A stretch of 64,000 nt of DNA from Erysipelotrichaceae bacterium (GTDB lineage: Bacteria > Bacillota_I > Bacilli_A > Erysipelotrichales > Erysipelotrichaceae): positions 21,778 to 85,777 of the forward strand of contig JAFRVK010000030.1 of NCBI GenBank assembly GCA_017441765.1. The letters are read 5' to 3'. The notes under the pieces were generated by a model, which had not been told where the DNA came from, did not search any database, and saw only the letters and a list, made by a program, of their open reading frames with translations. Positions 1 to 9,708 of this stretch are shown piece after piece. The position numbers were made by a program, and so were the translations under genes. Position 1 is the first letter of the stretch. Each line of letters starts with the position of its first letter.

Positions 1-2070
1 GATCAGTTCCCTGCTGATTTCCCTTACATCAATGAAGTCGAAGGCGATTCCTTGAAGAGAACTCCTGACAAGTATTTCGTTGATTACGGAACAGATATCA
101 AGTCCTTCATCAAGAATCAGCCGATCGCTCCGGAATTCACGAAGAAATGTCTGTCCAAGGTCATTGCGGAAGTCTTCGCAAGATACAAGACAGAAGGTTC
201 TTCCACTATTCTGGACTCGATCAAAGACTTAGGTTTCGAATATTCGACCGTTGCCGGCATGACGATCTCCCTGGCGGATATCAATGTCGCGCCGAACAAG
301 CAGAAGTATGTCGATGAAGCGAAATCCAAAGCCGATGTCCTGCAGACCCTGCTGAAACGTGGTCAGCTGACGCTCCCTGAATGGGAGAAACATTTCTCCA
401 AACTGTGGGCGGATACGACCAACGCCATCGGTGATGACGTCATGAACAACCTTCAGCGTAAATCCCCGATCAACATGTCAAGCGTTTCCGGAGCCCGTGG
501 TAACAAATCCAATATTACCCAGCTCTCCGGCATGCGTGGCCTGATGGGCAGACCGACCCAGTCCAAATCGAAGAAAGAGTATCAGCCTTCGATCATCGAG
601 GTCCCGATCTATTCTTCCTTCCGTGAAGGACTGAACGTATCTGAATTCTTTATCTCGACCCATGGCGTCCGTAAAGGTCTGACCGATACCGCTCTGAAGA
701 CAGCCGAATCAGGCTATCTGACCAGAAGACTGGTTGACGTCGCTCAGGATGTCATGATCATGCAGGAAGACTGCCAGACCCGCAAGGGCTACTATGTCGA
801 GGATATCATCGATCAGAAGGACAATTCCCGCATTGAGAGTTTCTATGACCGTATCGTCGGACGTTATTCCAAAGACGAACTTACCGATCCCAAGACCGGA
901 GAAGTCATCGTCGATCAGGACGAATTCATCGATGAAGCGATCGCGGAAAAGATCATCGCTGCCGGCTACAAGGGCATGAATATCCGTAACTCCTTCACCT
1001 GCGAATGCAAAGACGGCATCTGCCGGAAGTGCTATGGCCGCAATATGGCGACCGGCAAGCTGGTGGAAGCAGGCGAAGCGGTCGGTATCATGGCTGCGCA
1101 GTCCATCGGTGAACCTGGCACACAGCTGACCATGCGTACCTTCCACTCGGGTGGTGTCGCAAACGCTGATGATGATATCACCCAGGGTCTCCCGCGTGTC
1201 GAGGAACTGTTCGAAGCGCGCTGTCCGAAGCATCCTGCCGTTCTGGCCAAGATCAGTGGTTCCGTTACGGCAATCGAGGAAGCGGACGACCACTCCGTGA
1301 CGATCGACATCACGAACGATAAGGAAACCATCACTCATAAGCTGGGAATCTCTCAGACGATGAGAGACTGGATCAAAGTCGGTTCGGAAGTGCAGGCAGG
1401 CGACAAGCTGACCGAAGGCAACGTCAACCCGAAGGAACTGCTGGCGATTGCCGGTGTGAATGCGGTACAGAACTATATTCTGAAAGAAGTCAAGAAAGTC
1501 TATGCCGTCACAGGTATCGATATTTCCGACAAGCACGTCGAAGTCATCATCAAGCAGATGCTGAAGAAGATCATTATTACCGACGCCGGTGATTCTGATT
1601 ATTCTGTCGGTCAGACGATCTCCCAGAAGAAAGTGAATGAACTGAACAAGAAGCTGTTTGAAAAAGACAAGAACAGCAAGCTGATCGGTTTCGCGCCGCT
1701 GCTGCTGGGTATCTCGAAGTCATCAGTCGAGACCGATTCCTTCCTGTCGGCTGCAAGCTTCCAGGAAACGACCAAGGTCCTGACGGATGCTGCCGTCAAC
1801 GGCAAGACCGACGACCTCTTCGGAATCAAGGAGAATGTCATTATCGGCAAGCTGATTCCTGCCGGTACCGGTTCTCATTTCGAAAGAGAAACGACTTCTT
1901 TGATCGATCAGAGAGCAGCAGAGCTCGATGAGATCAGAGAGGAAAAGCTCCTTGCTGCACAGGAAGAAAAAGAAGCCGCTTTACCAAGCGAGCTGACCGG
2001 AGATCTTGATGAGATCTCGGGTATCGAACTTCAAGCATCAGCCGATCCGGTTGAAGAAGATCAGCAGTAA
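1..2070 (+). CDS. rpoC: DNA-directed RNA polymerase subunit beta' (C-terminal part; 5' end outside window)
   Basis: Frame 1 is open from nt 1 with no stop before the listed Met at 52. Beta' hallmarks are present: [28 protein letters not shown] and [27 protein letters not shown]. Acidic C-terminal tail. Confidence 0.95.
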   Translation, partial: DQFPADFPYINEVEGDSLKRTPDKYFVDYGTDIKSFIKNQPIAPEFTKKCLSKVIAEVFARYKTEGSSTILDSIKDLGFEYSTVAGMTISLADINVAPNKQKYVDEAKSKADVLQTLLKRGQLTLPEWEKHFSKLWADTTNAIGDDVMNNLQRKSPINMSSVSGARGNKSNITQLSGMRGLMGRPTQSKSKKEYQPSIIEVPIYSSFREGLNVSEFFISTHGVRKGLTDTALKTAESGYLTRRLVDVAQDVMIMQEDCQTRKGYYVEDIIDQKDNSRIESFYDRIVGRYSKDELTDPKTGEVIVDQDEFIDEAIAEKIIAAGYKGMNIRNSFTCECKDGICRKCYGRNMATGKLVEAGEAVGIMAAQSIGEPGTQLTMRTFHSGGVANADDDITQGLPRVEELFEARCPKHPAVLAKISGSVTAIEEADDHSVTIDITNDKETITHKLGISQTMRDWIKVGSEVQAGDKLTEGNVNPKELLAIAGVNAVQNYILKEVKKVYAVTGIDISDKHVEVIIKQMLKKIIITDAGDSDYSVGQTISQKKVNELNKKLFEKDKNSKLIGFAPLLLGISKSSVETDSFLSAASFQETTKVLTDAAVNGKTDDLFGIKENVIIGKLIPAGTGSHFERETTSLIDQRAAELDEIREEKLLAAQEEKEAALPSELTGDLDEISGIELQASADPVEEDQQ

Positions 2071-2086
2071 GCAGTCTATCAGTCAA

Positions 2087-2125
2087 ATAAAATGGTCATC
2101 TCAGTGAGATGACCATTTTTCTTTT
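2087..2125. terminator. Bidirectional intrinsic terminator between convergent rpoC and the NlpC/P60 gene
   Basis: AATGGTCATCTC-agt-GAGATGACCATT 12-bp stem, flanked by an A-run upstream and TTTTTCTTTT downstream. Confidence 0.8.
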
Positions 2126-3521
2126 ACCACATTTCCGTGTAGTTTCCGTCTTCGAGATATTCTTCGTCCATCAGCATGAAGTACGTAAACGCATCATCCC
2201 CCAGTTCGTTGAAGGATCCGACGTTGCGTTCGTATCTTCTGACTTTCGTTCCGGTACGTATCGTATCGGCGATCCATATATAATCATCTTCGATTCCGAT
2301 CACGATTCCCACGTGTCCCGTAAAGCCGCATAGATCACCGCATCTGATCCGATCCGACTGCAGGAGCTCATCCGTAATACTGACCCTCTCTCCCAGCATG
2401 GACATGCCATACGATCCGGGACCGCCTGCTCCCATATCGCCGAAATCATATCCGGCATTGTAGTAGCACCATGAGACGAAGCCTCCGCAATCCAGTCCGT
2501 TCGGACGCTTCATCAGATAGAGGTTCGTACCGATATCAGAGACCACCAGTCCTCCATCGAGGTATTCTTCATCTCTGGAATGGTCTTCCGTCGTATCTTC
2601 CTTGAAGTATTGACCCCAGTATTTCGGACCCAGGATACTGGCAACGATATCTTCATATTTCTCTTCGCTGAGGTAGAAACCTTTGTGATAGTATCTTCCC
2701 TCGCCATCACTGCGGCGGGAATCGACAGTATTATCAAGCTTCCCCGTTTCCGCAAAGTAAGCCAGACGGTATGGAAACTGCAGGACCATGAAACGTGCGG
2801 CGGCAACGACGCCTGCCCTGGTATGATAGCCGGCTTCAGCGATCTTCATCTCCAGGACTTGATCCAGTTTCCTGTTCTGTTCATCATCGCAGATCGTTTC
2901 ATGCAGGATCGGTTTATTCATCGAATCGGTATCGATGAGCGTATAGAGATCGGTCACTTCGATCTCGACGCTGTCGCTGATCCCGTGGGAACTGACCGTA
3001 ATTGTTGCAGTGCCCGGAGAGCCGGTGATGATCTTCCCATCCTGTACCGATGCGACGCTTTCATCAGATGATGTGATTCTCAGTTCTTCATCATTGCCGA
3101 AAGTGAGCGTTTCATAGTTCAGTTTCAGTTGCTCGCCGACCGGATAGAAGGGATATTCAAATCCATCGACACGGATCGCCAGGGTGGAATTGATGATCGG
3201 TCCTGTATCGGCCGTTTTTCCCATCACGTCTTTCACATGGATATACCAGGTTCCCGGTTCGATGACATAGATCCTGTCAGGATCGTAGAGTTCATAAACG
3301 GTTCCATCATCGGACGCAGCTTCGCCATCGACAGCGACATCGTATCGACGCTTCAGGATGCTCTTGTCTATGATGCTGATGCGTACAGTCGCAGAGCGAT
3401 CATCATAGCTGAGCAGCTCGTAATCGATGTCGGGCTTGCTTAGAAGATTGAATAAAAAGAACAGGGACAGCCCTATCAGAACAAGCAGAATCAGCAGTAG
3501 AACGATCTTTCTTTTTTTCAT
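2124..3521 (-). CDS. Membrane-anchored cell-wall hydrolase: Big_2-like Ig domain plus C-terminal NlpC/P60 cysteine peptidase
   Basis: N-terminal signal anchor (IVLLLILLVLIGLSLFFLF). Big_2-like segment (ITSSDESVASVQDGKIITGSPGTATITVSS). NlpC/P60 Cys (GLDCGGFVSWCYYNAG) and His (GHVGIVIG) motifs. Confidence 0.75.
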   Translation of the reverse strand: MKKRKIVLLLILLVLIGLSLFFLFNLLSKPDIDYELLSYDDRSATVRISIIDKSILKRRYDVAVDGEAASDDGTVYELYDPDRIYVIEPGTWYIHVKDVMGKTADTGPIINSTLAIRVDGFEYPFYPVGEQLKLNYETLTFGNDEELRITSSDESVASVQDGKIITGSPGTATITVSSHGISDSVEIEVTDLYTLIDTDSMNKPILHETICDDEQNRKLDQVLEMKIAEAGYHTRAGVVAAARFMVLQFPYRLAYFAETGKLDNTVDSRRSDGEGRYYHKGFYLSEEKYEDIVASILGPKYWGQYFKEDTTEDHSRDEEYLDGGLVVSDIGTNLYLMKRPNGLDCGGFVSWCYYNAGYDFGDMGAGGPGSYGMSMLGERVSITDELLQSDRIRCGDLCGFTGHVGIVIGIEDDYIWIADTIRTGTKVRRYERNVGSFNELGDDAFTYFMLMDEEYLEDGNYTEMW

Positions 3522-3628
3522 AAACCTGAGATAAGTATAACATACTCACGATTCGTTTTATGGTACTATAGGTGAAGACGACCGTTGCATATGGGACGGT
3601 TTTGATTTATTTGTGTAAGGAGGACAAT

Positions 3629-5089
3629 ATGGGTTGCACGACGATACTTGTAGGCAAGAAAGCCAGCTATGACGGATCAACGATGATTGCGAGAAACGAC
3701 GATGGCCGTTTTGATGTGAAGAAACTGATCGTGGTCGATCCCAAGAAACAGGTCAGGCACTATAGAAGCAGGATCTCTCATCTCAAGATCGATCTGCCTG
3801 AGAATCCTATGCGTTATACTTCGACTCCAAGTGTCGATCCCAAGAACGGCATCTGGGCCGCGAACGGCATCAACGAGGCCAATGTCGGAATGACTGCTAC
3901 GGAAACGATCACTTCCAATCCGCTGGTACTGGGAGCGGATCCCTATGTCGTCTATAAGGAAAAGAAAGGCAGACAGAAGGAAGAGATCGGCGGGATCGGG
4001 GAAGAAGACCTGGTCGTGCTCGTGCTCCCATACATTCATAGTGCCAGAGAAGGCGTCCTTCGTCTGGGTTCCCTGCTGGAACAGTACGGGACCTATGAAC
4101 CCAACGGCATCGCTTTCAACGATGAAGAAGAGTGCTGGTGGCTTGAAACGATCGGCGGACATCACTGGATCGCCAGAAGAGTCAGAGACGACGAGTATGT
4201 CATGATGCCGAATCAGTTCGGCATGGATCGTTTCGATCTGAATGATGCATTCGGAGAACAGAAGGAACATCTTTGCAGCAAAGATCTCAGAGAATTCATC
4301 CGGGACAATCATCTGGATCTCAATCAGGACGGCATCTTCAATCCGCGTTATGTCTTCGGTTCGCATTCCGATGCCGATCATGTATACAACACGCCTCGCG
4401 CCTGGTTCATGGGCCGCTACTTCAATCCGAAAACCTACAGGTGGGATGGCGAGAACGCCGACTTCACACCGGAAAGCGATGATATCCCATGGTCCATGGT
4501 TCCGGAAAAGAAGATCACTGTGGAAGATATCAAGTATATCCTTTCTTCCTATTATCAGGGAACGCCATACAATCCTTACCAGAAAGCCGATGATCCGAAA
4601 AAAGGCATCTATCGTCCGATCGGCATCAGCCGTACAGGGGTCATGGCTGTCTTACAGATCAGAGGTTCTATGCCTGATCCTTTGAAAGGCGTGGAATGGG
4701 TCTGCTTCGGTGCCAATCCGTTCAATACGGTCGTACCGGTCTATGCGCAGGTCGGTAAGATGCCGAAGTATCTGAGCGATGTCACTTTGGATGTTTCGAC
4801 AGAGAATTTCTATTGGAGTTCCCGTCTGATCGGAGCATTGGCGGATCCGTATTTCGGTCCCATGATCCAGCACATCGAACGCTATCAGATGTCCGTCGCC
4901 TCCAAGGGACATAAGCTGATCAACGAGTATGATCAGAAGATGATGAAACAGAAGGATTATTCTCTGACGGAAGAAGCGAATGAAACGATCTGCAGGATGT
5001 GCAGAGAAGAAACGCTGAAAGCATTGGACAATGTCCTGCATGAAGCGAGCATGCAGATGAAATGCGGCTATTCCAGAGCAGACAACTGA
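3629..5089 (+). CDS. C69-family dipeptidase
   Basis: AAGGAGG SD sits 5 nt before ATG 3629. The product begins MGCTTILVGK, the N-terminal nucleophile Cys typical of peptidase C69. The track ORF starting at 3572 is an upstream extension lacking an SD. Confidence 0.85.
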   Translation: MGCTTILVGKKASYDGSTMIARNDDGRFDVKKLIVVDPKKQVRHYRSRISHLKIDLPENPMRYTSTPSVDPKNGIWAANGINEANVGMTATETITSNPLVLGADPYVVYKEKKGRQKEEIGGIGEEDLVVLVLPYIHSAREGVLRLGSLLEQYGTYEPNGIAFNDEEECWWLETIGGHHWIARRVRDDEYVMMPNQFGMDRFDLNDAFGEQKEHLCSKDLREFIRDNHLDLNQDGIFNPRYVFGSHSDADHVYNTPRAWFMGRYFNPKTYRWDGENADFTPESDDIPWSMVPEKKITVEDIKYILSSYYQGTPYNPYQKADDPKKGIYRPIGISRTGVMAVLQIRGSMPDPLKGVEWVCFGANPFNTVVPVYAQVGKMPKYLSDVTLDVSTENFYWSSRLIGALADPYFGPMIQHIERYQMSVASKGHKLINEYDQKMMKQKDYSLTEEANETICRMCREETLKALDNVLHEASMQMKCGYSRADN

Positions 5090-5211
5090 TCTGAAAATAT
5101 ACATCAACAGCCGCCGGGATGATAAACTCAGCGATAGCCGGACAGAATGAAAAATCTTTCATTCAATTTGAAAAATAAGACATAATTGTGTAAGAAACAG
5201 TCATAGAATCA

Positions 5212-5240
5212 TTGTATTTTAGGGGATTATGTCATAAAAT
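5212..5240 (+). promoter_or_regulatory. Candidate sigma-A promoter for the T-box leader (TTGTAT-17-TAAAAT)
   Basis: -35 TTGTAT at 5212-5217, 17-nt spacer, -10 TAAAAT at 5235-5240. Confidence 0.5.
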
Positions 5241-5247
5241 AAAGAAA

Positions 5248-5476
5248 AGCTGGGAACAGAAGAGTAGCTTGATCAGATAGCGTAGAGAGTCTTTGGCTGG
5301 TGAAAAAAGACGTGGATGATCAAAGGAAGATGGTCTGGGAGCTGCTGGTCCGATATGAGGGTCAGACGCATGCCTGCGTTACAGGGCCAGGATATGTTTG
5401 TATCCGATGAGGTGCATCTGCACGAATTAAGGTGGTAACACGATGATAAGTCGTCCTTAGGGGCGGCTTTTTTGTT
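5248..5476 (+). promoter_or_regulatory. T-box leader (tRNA-sensing riboswitch), presumably Met-specific, controlling metQNI
   Basis: AGUA (5262-5265), AG box GUAGAGAG (5282-5289) and distal-loop GGCUGGUGAAA are present. T-box sequence AAUUAAGGUGGUAACACG lies at 5425-5442. It is followed by a terminator AAGUCGUCC-uuag-GGGCGGCUU-UUUUU (5448-5476). AUG triplets occur at 5330-5332 and 5355-5357. Confidence 0.8.
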
Positions 5477-5489
5477 TAAGGAGGTAATT

Positions 5490-5597
5490 ATGAATAAAAA
5501 AGTGAAAGAGGTGATCGGCTTGCGTCTTGGCGCAGGCGTGACGATGCCATGGTTTCTGTTTCAATACGTAACAATGATAGGAGGAATTAAACAATGA
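5490..5597 (+). CDS. Unannotated 35-aa small ORF between the T-box terminator and metQ (MNKKVKEVIGLRLGAGVTMPWFLFQYVTMIGGIKQ)
   Basis: AAGGAGG SD sits 5 nt upstream of ATG 5490. Its stop TGA (5595-5597) overlaps the metQ ATG (5594) as ATGA. It is below the track's length cut-off. Confidence 0.3.
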   Translation: MNKKVKEVIGLRLGAGVTMPWFLFQYVTMIGGIKQ

Positions 5598-6433
5598 AAA
5601 AAATCGTTACATTACTGTTTGTATTGCTGCTGCTCTGCGCTTGCGGAAATAAAGATTCCGGATCAGGAGACGCTCCTGCGGAAGATAAGACGATCACGGT
5701 CGGCGTAAACCCGGTCCCTCATGCCGAGATCCTGGAGAACGCGGTGAAGCCTGTCCTGGAAGAAGCAGGATGGAAACTGGAAGTCGTAGTCTATCAGGAT
5801 TATGTCCTGCCGAATGAAAACCTGGTGGCAGGTGAACTGGATGCGAACTATTTCCAGACCTTAGGTTACATGAACGGCCAGAATGATTCCCATGGCTGGA
5901 CTTTGACGGCCGTCAAGGGCGTTCATATCGAGCCGATGGGGCTGTATTCCGACAAATATGCCTCTGCAGCCGATATTCCTGACGGAGCCTATATTTCTGT
6001 ACCGAATGATGAAGACAACCGTACCAGGGCACTGGAATTTCTGATTGCGAACGGTTTCCTGAACCCGGTCGAAGGAGAACTTTCAGGCGATACGCTGAAT
6101 GGAAATGCCGAAGCCAATCCTCATGGCTACCTGATCGTTGAACTGGAAGCCGCTCAGCTGCCTCTGGCATTGGCCGACGTGGATGCCTCGGTCATCAACG
6201 GGAACTATGCGTTAGGCGCAGGCCTTCCTGCGACCTATCCGGCCCTGCTGGTCGAAAGCTTCGATGCGGAAACGACGATCCGCCGTACCAACTTCATCGT
6301 CGTTCTGGAAGGAAACGAGAATTCAGAGAAGATCCAGGCGCTTGTCGATGCGATTACTTCGGATGCGGTGCAGAAGTATATCGAGGATACCTATAAAGGT
6401 GCGGTCATTACTTCTTTTGTCGATCCGCAATAA
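5594..6433 (+). CDS. metQ: Methionine ABC transporter substrate-binding lipoprotein (NlpA/MetQ family)
   Basis: Lipobox LLLCAC-G. NlpA-family sequence (ITVGVNPVPHAEILE...YFQTLGYM). Sits in an operon with metN and metI downstream of a T-box. Confidence 0.9.
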   Translation: MKKIVTLLFVLLLLCACGNKDSGSGDAPAEDKTITVGVNPVPHAEILENAVKPVLEEAGWKLEVVVYQDYVLPNENLVAGELDANYFQTLGYMNGQNDSHGWTLTAVKGVHIEPMGLYSDKYASAADIPDGAYISVPNDEDNRTRALEFLIANGFLNPVEGELSGDTLNGNAEANPHGYLIVELEAAQLPLALADVDASVINGNYALGAGLPATYPALLVESFDAETTIRRTNFIVVLEGNENSEKIQALVDAITSDAVQKYIEDTYKGAVITSFVDPQ

Positions 6434-6454
6434 CAGTGCAATAACATCACACCT

Positions 6455-6490
6455 GGAAATGTTCCGTCTTTTCTGAACATTTCCTTTTTT
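6455..6490 (+). terminator. Intra-operon hairpin/terminator between metQ and metN
   Basis: Perfect 10-bp stem GGAAATGTTC-(10 nt)-GAACATTTCC followed by TTTTTT. Confidence 0.7.
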
Positions 6491-6500
6491 AGAGGTTCAT

Positions 6501-7469
6501 ATGATAAAACTGGAAAACGTATGTAAGGATTTCGGAGATCTCAGGGTTCTCAAAGACATTACGCTGGAGATCGCAGATCACGAAATCTACGGGATCATCG
6601 GACAGAGCGGTGCAGGAAAATCGACGCTTTTAAGATGCATCAACGGCCTGGAAGAGTATCAGTCCGGCCATATCTGTATCGATGACGTGGAAGTGTCGAC
6701 AAAGGATCAGAAAAAGCTGCATCTTCTGCAGAAGAAGATGGGAATGATCTTTCAGAATTTCAATCTTCTGGAACGGCTGGATGTCTATGACAACGTTGCG
6801 CTTCCGATGAAATTCTGGGGCATCAATCCCCGTACGCCCGAGGCACAGAAAAAGATCAGGGAACTGATCTCGCTGGTCGGGCTGGAAGACAAGATGCACG
6901 TACGCCCGAAAGAACTGTCCGGGGGACAGAAGCAGAGAGTGGCGATCGCCAGAGCGCTGGTCCTTGATCCGGAGATCCTTTTGTGTGATGAGGCGACTTC
7001 TGCTTTGGATCCTGCCATTACAAGAGAGATCCTGAGTCTGCTTCAGCAAATCAACAGGGATCTGGGCATCACCATCATCGTGGTGACCCATCAGATGGAA
7101 GTCGTGAAACAGATCTGCGAAAAAGTCGCTTTCATCAAGGAGGGACGCGTCCTGGCCATAGGCAAACCGGAAGAATTGTTCATCCGTCCGAGCAAAGACA
7201 TCAAAGCCTTTCTGCATGAAGACAGCGAACTTCTGCCGGACAACGGATTGAATATCCAGCTCTTCTTTACGGATGAAAGCTCGGACGAGCCCGTCATCTC
7301 CCAGATGGCCAGAAAGCTGGATATCGACTTTTCTATTTCCTGGGCAAAACTGGAAGATTTCCGTTCCAATGTCTACGGTTCGCTGGTGATAACGATCAAT
7401 GAAGAAGATAAGACCAAGGTCCTGAATTATCTGGATTCGGTCAACGTCTTATGGGAGGTCCTGGACTGA
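6501..7469 (+). CDS. metN: Methionine ABC transporter ATP-binding protein with C-terminal NIL domain
   Basis: Walker A GQSGAGKST, signature LSGGQKQRVAIARAL, Walker B ILLCDEATSALD, and a NIL-like C-terminus. Confidence 0.9.
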   Translation: MIKLENVCKDFGDLRVLKDITLEIADHEIYGIIGQSGAGKSTLLRCINGLEEYQSGHICIDDVEVSTKDQKKLHLLQKKMGMIFQNFNLLERLDVYDNVALPMKFWGINPRTPEAQKKIRELISLVGLEDKMHVRPKELSGGQKQRVAIARALVLDPEILLCDEATSALDPAITREILSLLQQINRDLGITIIVVTHQMEVVKQICEKVAFIKEGRVLAIGKPEELFIRPSKDIKAFLHEDSELLPDNGLNIQLFFTDESSDEPVISQMARKLDIDFSISWAKLEDFRSNVYGSLVITINEEDKTKVLNYLDSVNVLWEVLD

Positions 7470-7470
7470 T

Positions 7471-8106
7471 ATGATGAGCATTATTCTGAACGCAAGCCGG
7501 CAGACCCTGTACATGGTCTTCTGGTCGACATTGTTCTCTGTCGTTCTCGGTTTTATTCCTGCCGTCATACTGACGCTGACAGCACCGGACGGGCTTCGTC
7601 CGAACAGGATCGTCTATGAGACACTGTCTTTGCTGGTGAATATCTTCCGTTCATTCCCGTTTATCATTCTTCTGGTGATCATCATTCCGTTCACCCGGCT
7701 TGTGGCAGGCAAAGCGATCGGAACCAGGGCAGCCATCGTACCGTTGACGGTTTCTGCGATCCCGTATATCGCCAGGATCTTTGAGACGAGTCTCAGGGAG
7801 ACCGATCCCGGAGTCATCGAAGCGGCACGTTCTTTCGGTGCTTCCGATCTGCAGATCCTGTTCCGTGTCTATATCAAAGAATCGATCCCGAGGATGCTGA
7901 ACGGGGTGATCCTGCTGATCATCTCGCTGGTCGGTTATTCGGCAATGGCCGGGACCGTAGGCGGAGGAGGGATCGGCGATCTGGCGATCCGTTACGGCTA
8001 TCAGCAGTACAAGACGGAGTATCTTCTGGTCTGTTCCATCATCCTGATCATCTTTGTGCAGCTGATACAGATGCTGGGGAACTACCTGTACAAGAGGCTG
8101 TCCTGA
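7471..8106 (+). CDS. metI: Methionine ABC transporter permease
   Basis: Starts 1 nt after the metN stop. Multi-TM protein with an EAA-like loop (IEAARSFGASDLQILFRVYIKES). Confidence 0.9.
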   Translation: MMSIILNASRQTLYMVFWSTLFSVVLGFIPAVILTLTAPDGLRPNRIVYETLSLLVNIFRSFPFIILLVIIIPFTRLVAGKAIGTRAAIVPLTVSAIPYIARIFETSLRETDPGVIEAARSFGASDLQILFRVYIKESIPRMLNGVILLIISLVGYSAMAGTVGGGGIGDLAIRYGYQQYKTEYLLVCSIILIIFVQLIQMLGNYLYKRLS

Positions 8107-8107
8107 G

Positions 8108-8902
8108 ATGCGCACGGAAACGATATTCATACCCTCTAAAAGAGGAACGCTGATTCCTGCCGATATTGCGGCTGCTGAAAGCAAAGGAGGACTATTGATC
8201 CTGGCACACGGCTTCAAGGCGGAACGCAAGGAAGACGAGAGATTTACCGCGGTTGCTGAACAGATGGCAGAACAGGGATTCCACGCGATATCCATGGACT
8301 TTCCCGGCTGCGGTGAATCAGAAGAACCTTTTATCGCCTACAGTCTGGATCACTGTCTGGATGATCTAGAAAGCTGTTTCCTGTACATGAAGGAACATTA
8401 TGAGACCGATGAGCGTCTCTATCTTCTCGGTTACAGCATGGGCGGAAGGCTGATCTCGCTGTTTCTAAGAAAACATCCGGAAGCAAAGAAACTGGTCTTC
8501 TGGGCTGCGTGCAACCGTTCCTTCGATCTGGATGATCTGTTTCTGGAACAGTCTTTCCGGATACTCAAGGAACAGTGCGACAGAGAAGGTTCCTGCGATT
8601 TCTATGATATCTATACGCAAGAGACTGACCGGATGTCCTCGGCGTTTGTAAACAACATGCTGGAATACGATGCCTTAAGTCCTTTGGAGCATTTCAAAGG
8701 CGATGCCTTGATCATTCAGGGCGATCAGGACAGGACCATCGAAGTCGAGAATGCGCAATGGATCTATGATCATCTGAAAGAGGCTTCTTATAAAGAACTG
8801 CACTGCATTCAAGGTGCCGATCATGGCTTCGGCTTATGGGACGGACGTACACAGGACAGCGAGGAACTGGTTCGGACGACCGTTTCCTTCCTGAATCGCT
8901 GA
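8108..8902 (+). CDS. Alpha/beta-fold hydrolase
   Basis: HG oxyanion region (LILAHGF) and nucleophile elbow GYSMGG. ATG lies 1 nt after the metI stop, so it is probably co-transcribed. Confidence 0.7.
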   Translation: MRTETIFIPSKRGTLIPADIAAAESKGGLLILAHGFKAERKEDERFTAVAEQMAEQGFHAISMDFPGCGESEEPFIAYSLDHCLDDLESCFLYMKEHYETDERLYLLGYSMGGRLISLFLRKHPEAKKLVFWAACNRSFDLDDLFLEQSFRILKEQCDREGSCDFYDIYTQETDRMSSAFVNNMLEYDALSPLEHFKGDALIIQGDQDRTIEVENAQWIYDHLKEASYKELHCIQGADHGFGLWDGRTQDSEELVRTTVSFLNR

Positions 8903-8930
8903 ATGTATCCGTTTACATCTTTCGTGTATA

Positions 8931-8959
8931 TTGAAACTGCAGATCAATGATGTTAAGAT
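8931..8959 (+). promoter_or_regulatory. Candidate promoter for the SAM riboswitch (TTGAAA-17-TAAGAT)
   Basis: -35 at 8931-8936, 17-nt spacer, -10 at 8954-8959. Confidence 0.5.
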
Positions 8960-8961
8960 TA

Positions 8962-9085
8962 TTAAGTCCATAAAGAGAGATGGAGAGACAAGCTCTGTGA
9001 TATCTCAGCAACCTCACTGTAAGGTGCTAAAGCTTGAACGATGGGTAAAAAAGACATTTGCCCATCCTGTGATGGGCTTTCTTTA
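8962..9085 (+). promoter_or_regulatory. SAM-I (S-box) riboswitch with terminator expression platform
   Basis: AAAGAGAGAUGGAGAGACAAGCUCUGUGAUAUCUCAGCAACC...AAGGUGCUAAAGCUUGAA matches the S-box core. Terminator is GCCCAUC-cugu-GAUGGGC-UUUCUUU (9060-9084). An alternative pairing of GAUGGG (9040-9045) with GCCCAUC gives an antiterminator. Confidence 0.8.
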
Positions 9086-9107
9086 TGATAATAGGGGGAG
9101 AAATAGT

Positions 9108-9653
9108 ATGAAAAATGATTCTGTCAAGAAAGTTGTCGCCACCGGTATCGGTGCTGCATTGTTCTTTGTGCTGGCCCGTTTCGTAGCGATTCCTAGCGGC
9201 ATTCCGAACACGAACATCACGTTCCAGTATGCGATCCAGGCAGTATTTGCTGTACTGTACGGACCGGTCGTAGGATGCCTGTCAGGTTTCATCGGCCACG
9301 TGCTCTGTGACATGAGTTGGGGCGGCGTCTGGTGGAGCTGGGCGTTTGCGACAGCTGTCTATGGTCTGGTCGTCGGTCTGTTTGCGAAAAAGATCAATGT
9401 CAAAGACGGCTACTTCGCCAAGAAAGAGATTTCTACTTTCGTTTTGGCAAACCTCTTGGCTAACGCTGTGGCATGGCTGCTGATCGCTCCGGTCGGCGAT
9501 ATCGTCATCTACAAAGAAGATGCCAAACTGGTCTTCACGCAGGGCCTGGTTGCCGGCTTAGGCGACTTCCTGTTCGCTGTCGTTCTGGGCGGCCTGCTGC
9601 TGTTTGGCTACTCCAAGACAGTTGCCAAGACAGGTTCGCTGGACAAAGAGTAA
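9108..9653 (+). CDS. ECF transporter substrate-specific (S) component, UPF0397-like
   Basis: GGGGGAG SD precedes ATG 9108. A ~181-aa polytopic membrane protein (MKNDSVKKVVATGIGAALFFV...). From memory it resembles the UPF0397 S-component family. The track ORF from 8931 would read through the riboswitch. Confidence 0.7.
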   Translation: MKNDSVKKVVATGIGAALFFVLARFVAIPSGIPNTNITFQYAIQAVFAVLYGPVVGCLSGFIGHVLCDMSWGGVWWSWAFATAVYGLVVGLFAKKINVKDGYFAKKEISTFVLANLLANAVAWLLIAPVGDIVIYKEDAKLVFTQGLVAGLGDFLFAVVLGGLLLFGYSKTVAKTGSLDKE

Positions 9654-9677
9654 AACAGTCATTTCGAATCGAAAGAA

Positions 9678-9708
9678 AAAGAAGTATCACGGATACTTCT
9701 TTTTTTCT
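9678..9708 (+). terminator. Intrinsic terminator after the S-component gene
   Basis: AGAAGTATC-acg-GATACTTCT followed by TTTTTTT. Confidence 0.75.

Noticed and set aside
709-1536. 275-aa ORF antisense to rpoC, and other long antisense ORFs (7651-8295, 22121-22822, 23880-24467, 38742-39494, 40991-41671, 42620-43192, 56307-57017)
   Set aside because: All lie opposite genes with unambiguous family signatures, so they are treated as shadow ORFs.
5145-5164. Hairpin GAATGAAA-aatc-TTTCATTC after the C69 dipeptidase gene as a terminator
   Set aside because: The stem is perfect, but no U-tract follows on either strand. It was left unannotated as a terminator.
8931-9107. N-terminal extensions of track ORFs (8931 for the S component; also 3572, 13196, 16119, 17429, 26328, 48701, 55553)
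   Set aside because: The extensions read through a riboswitch, promoters, terminators or neighbouring genes, and they lack SDs. Internal starts have proper SDs or a -10 box at leaderless distance, and they match family N-termini.
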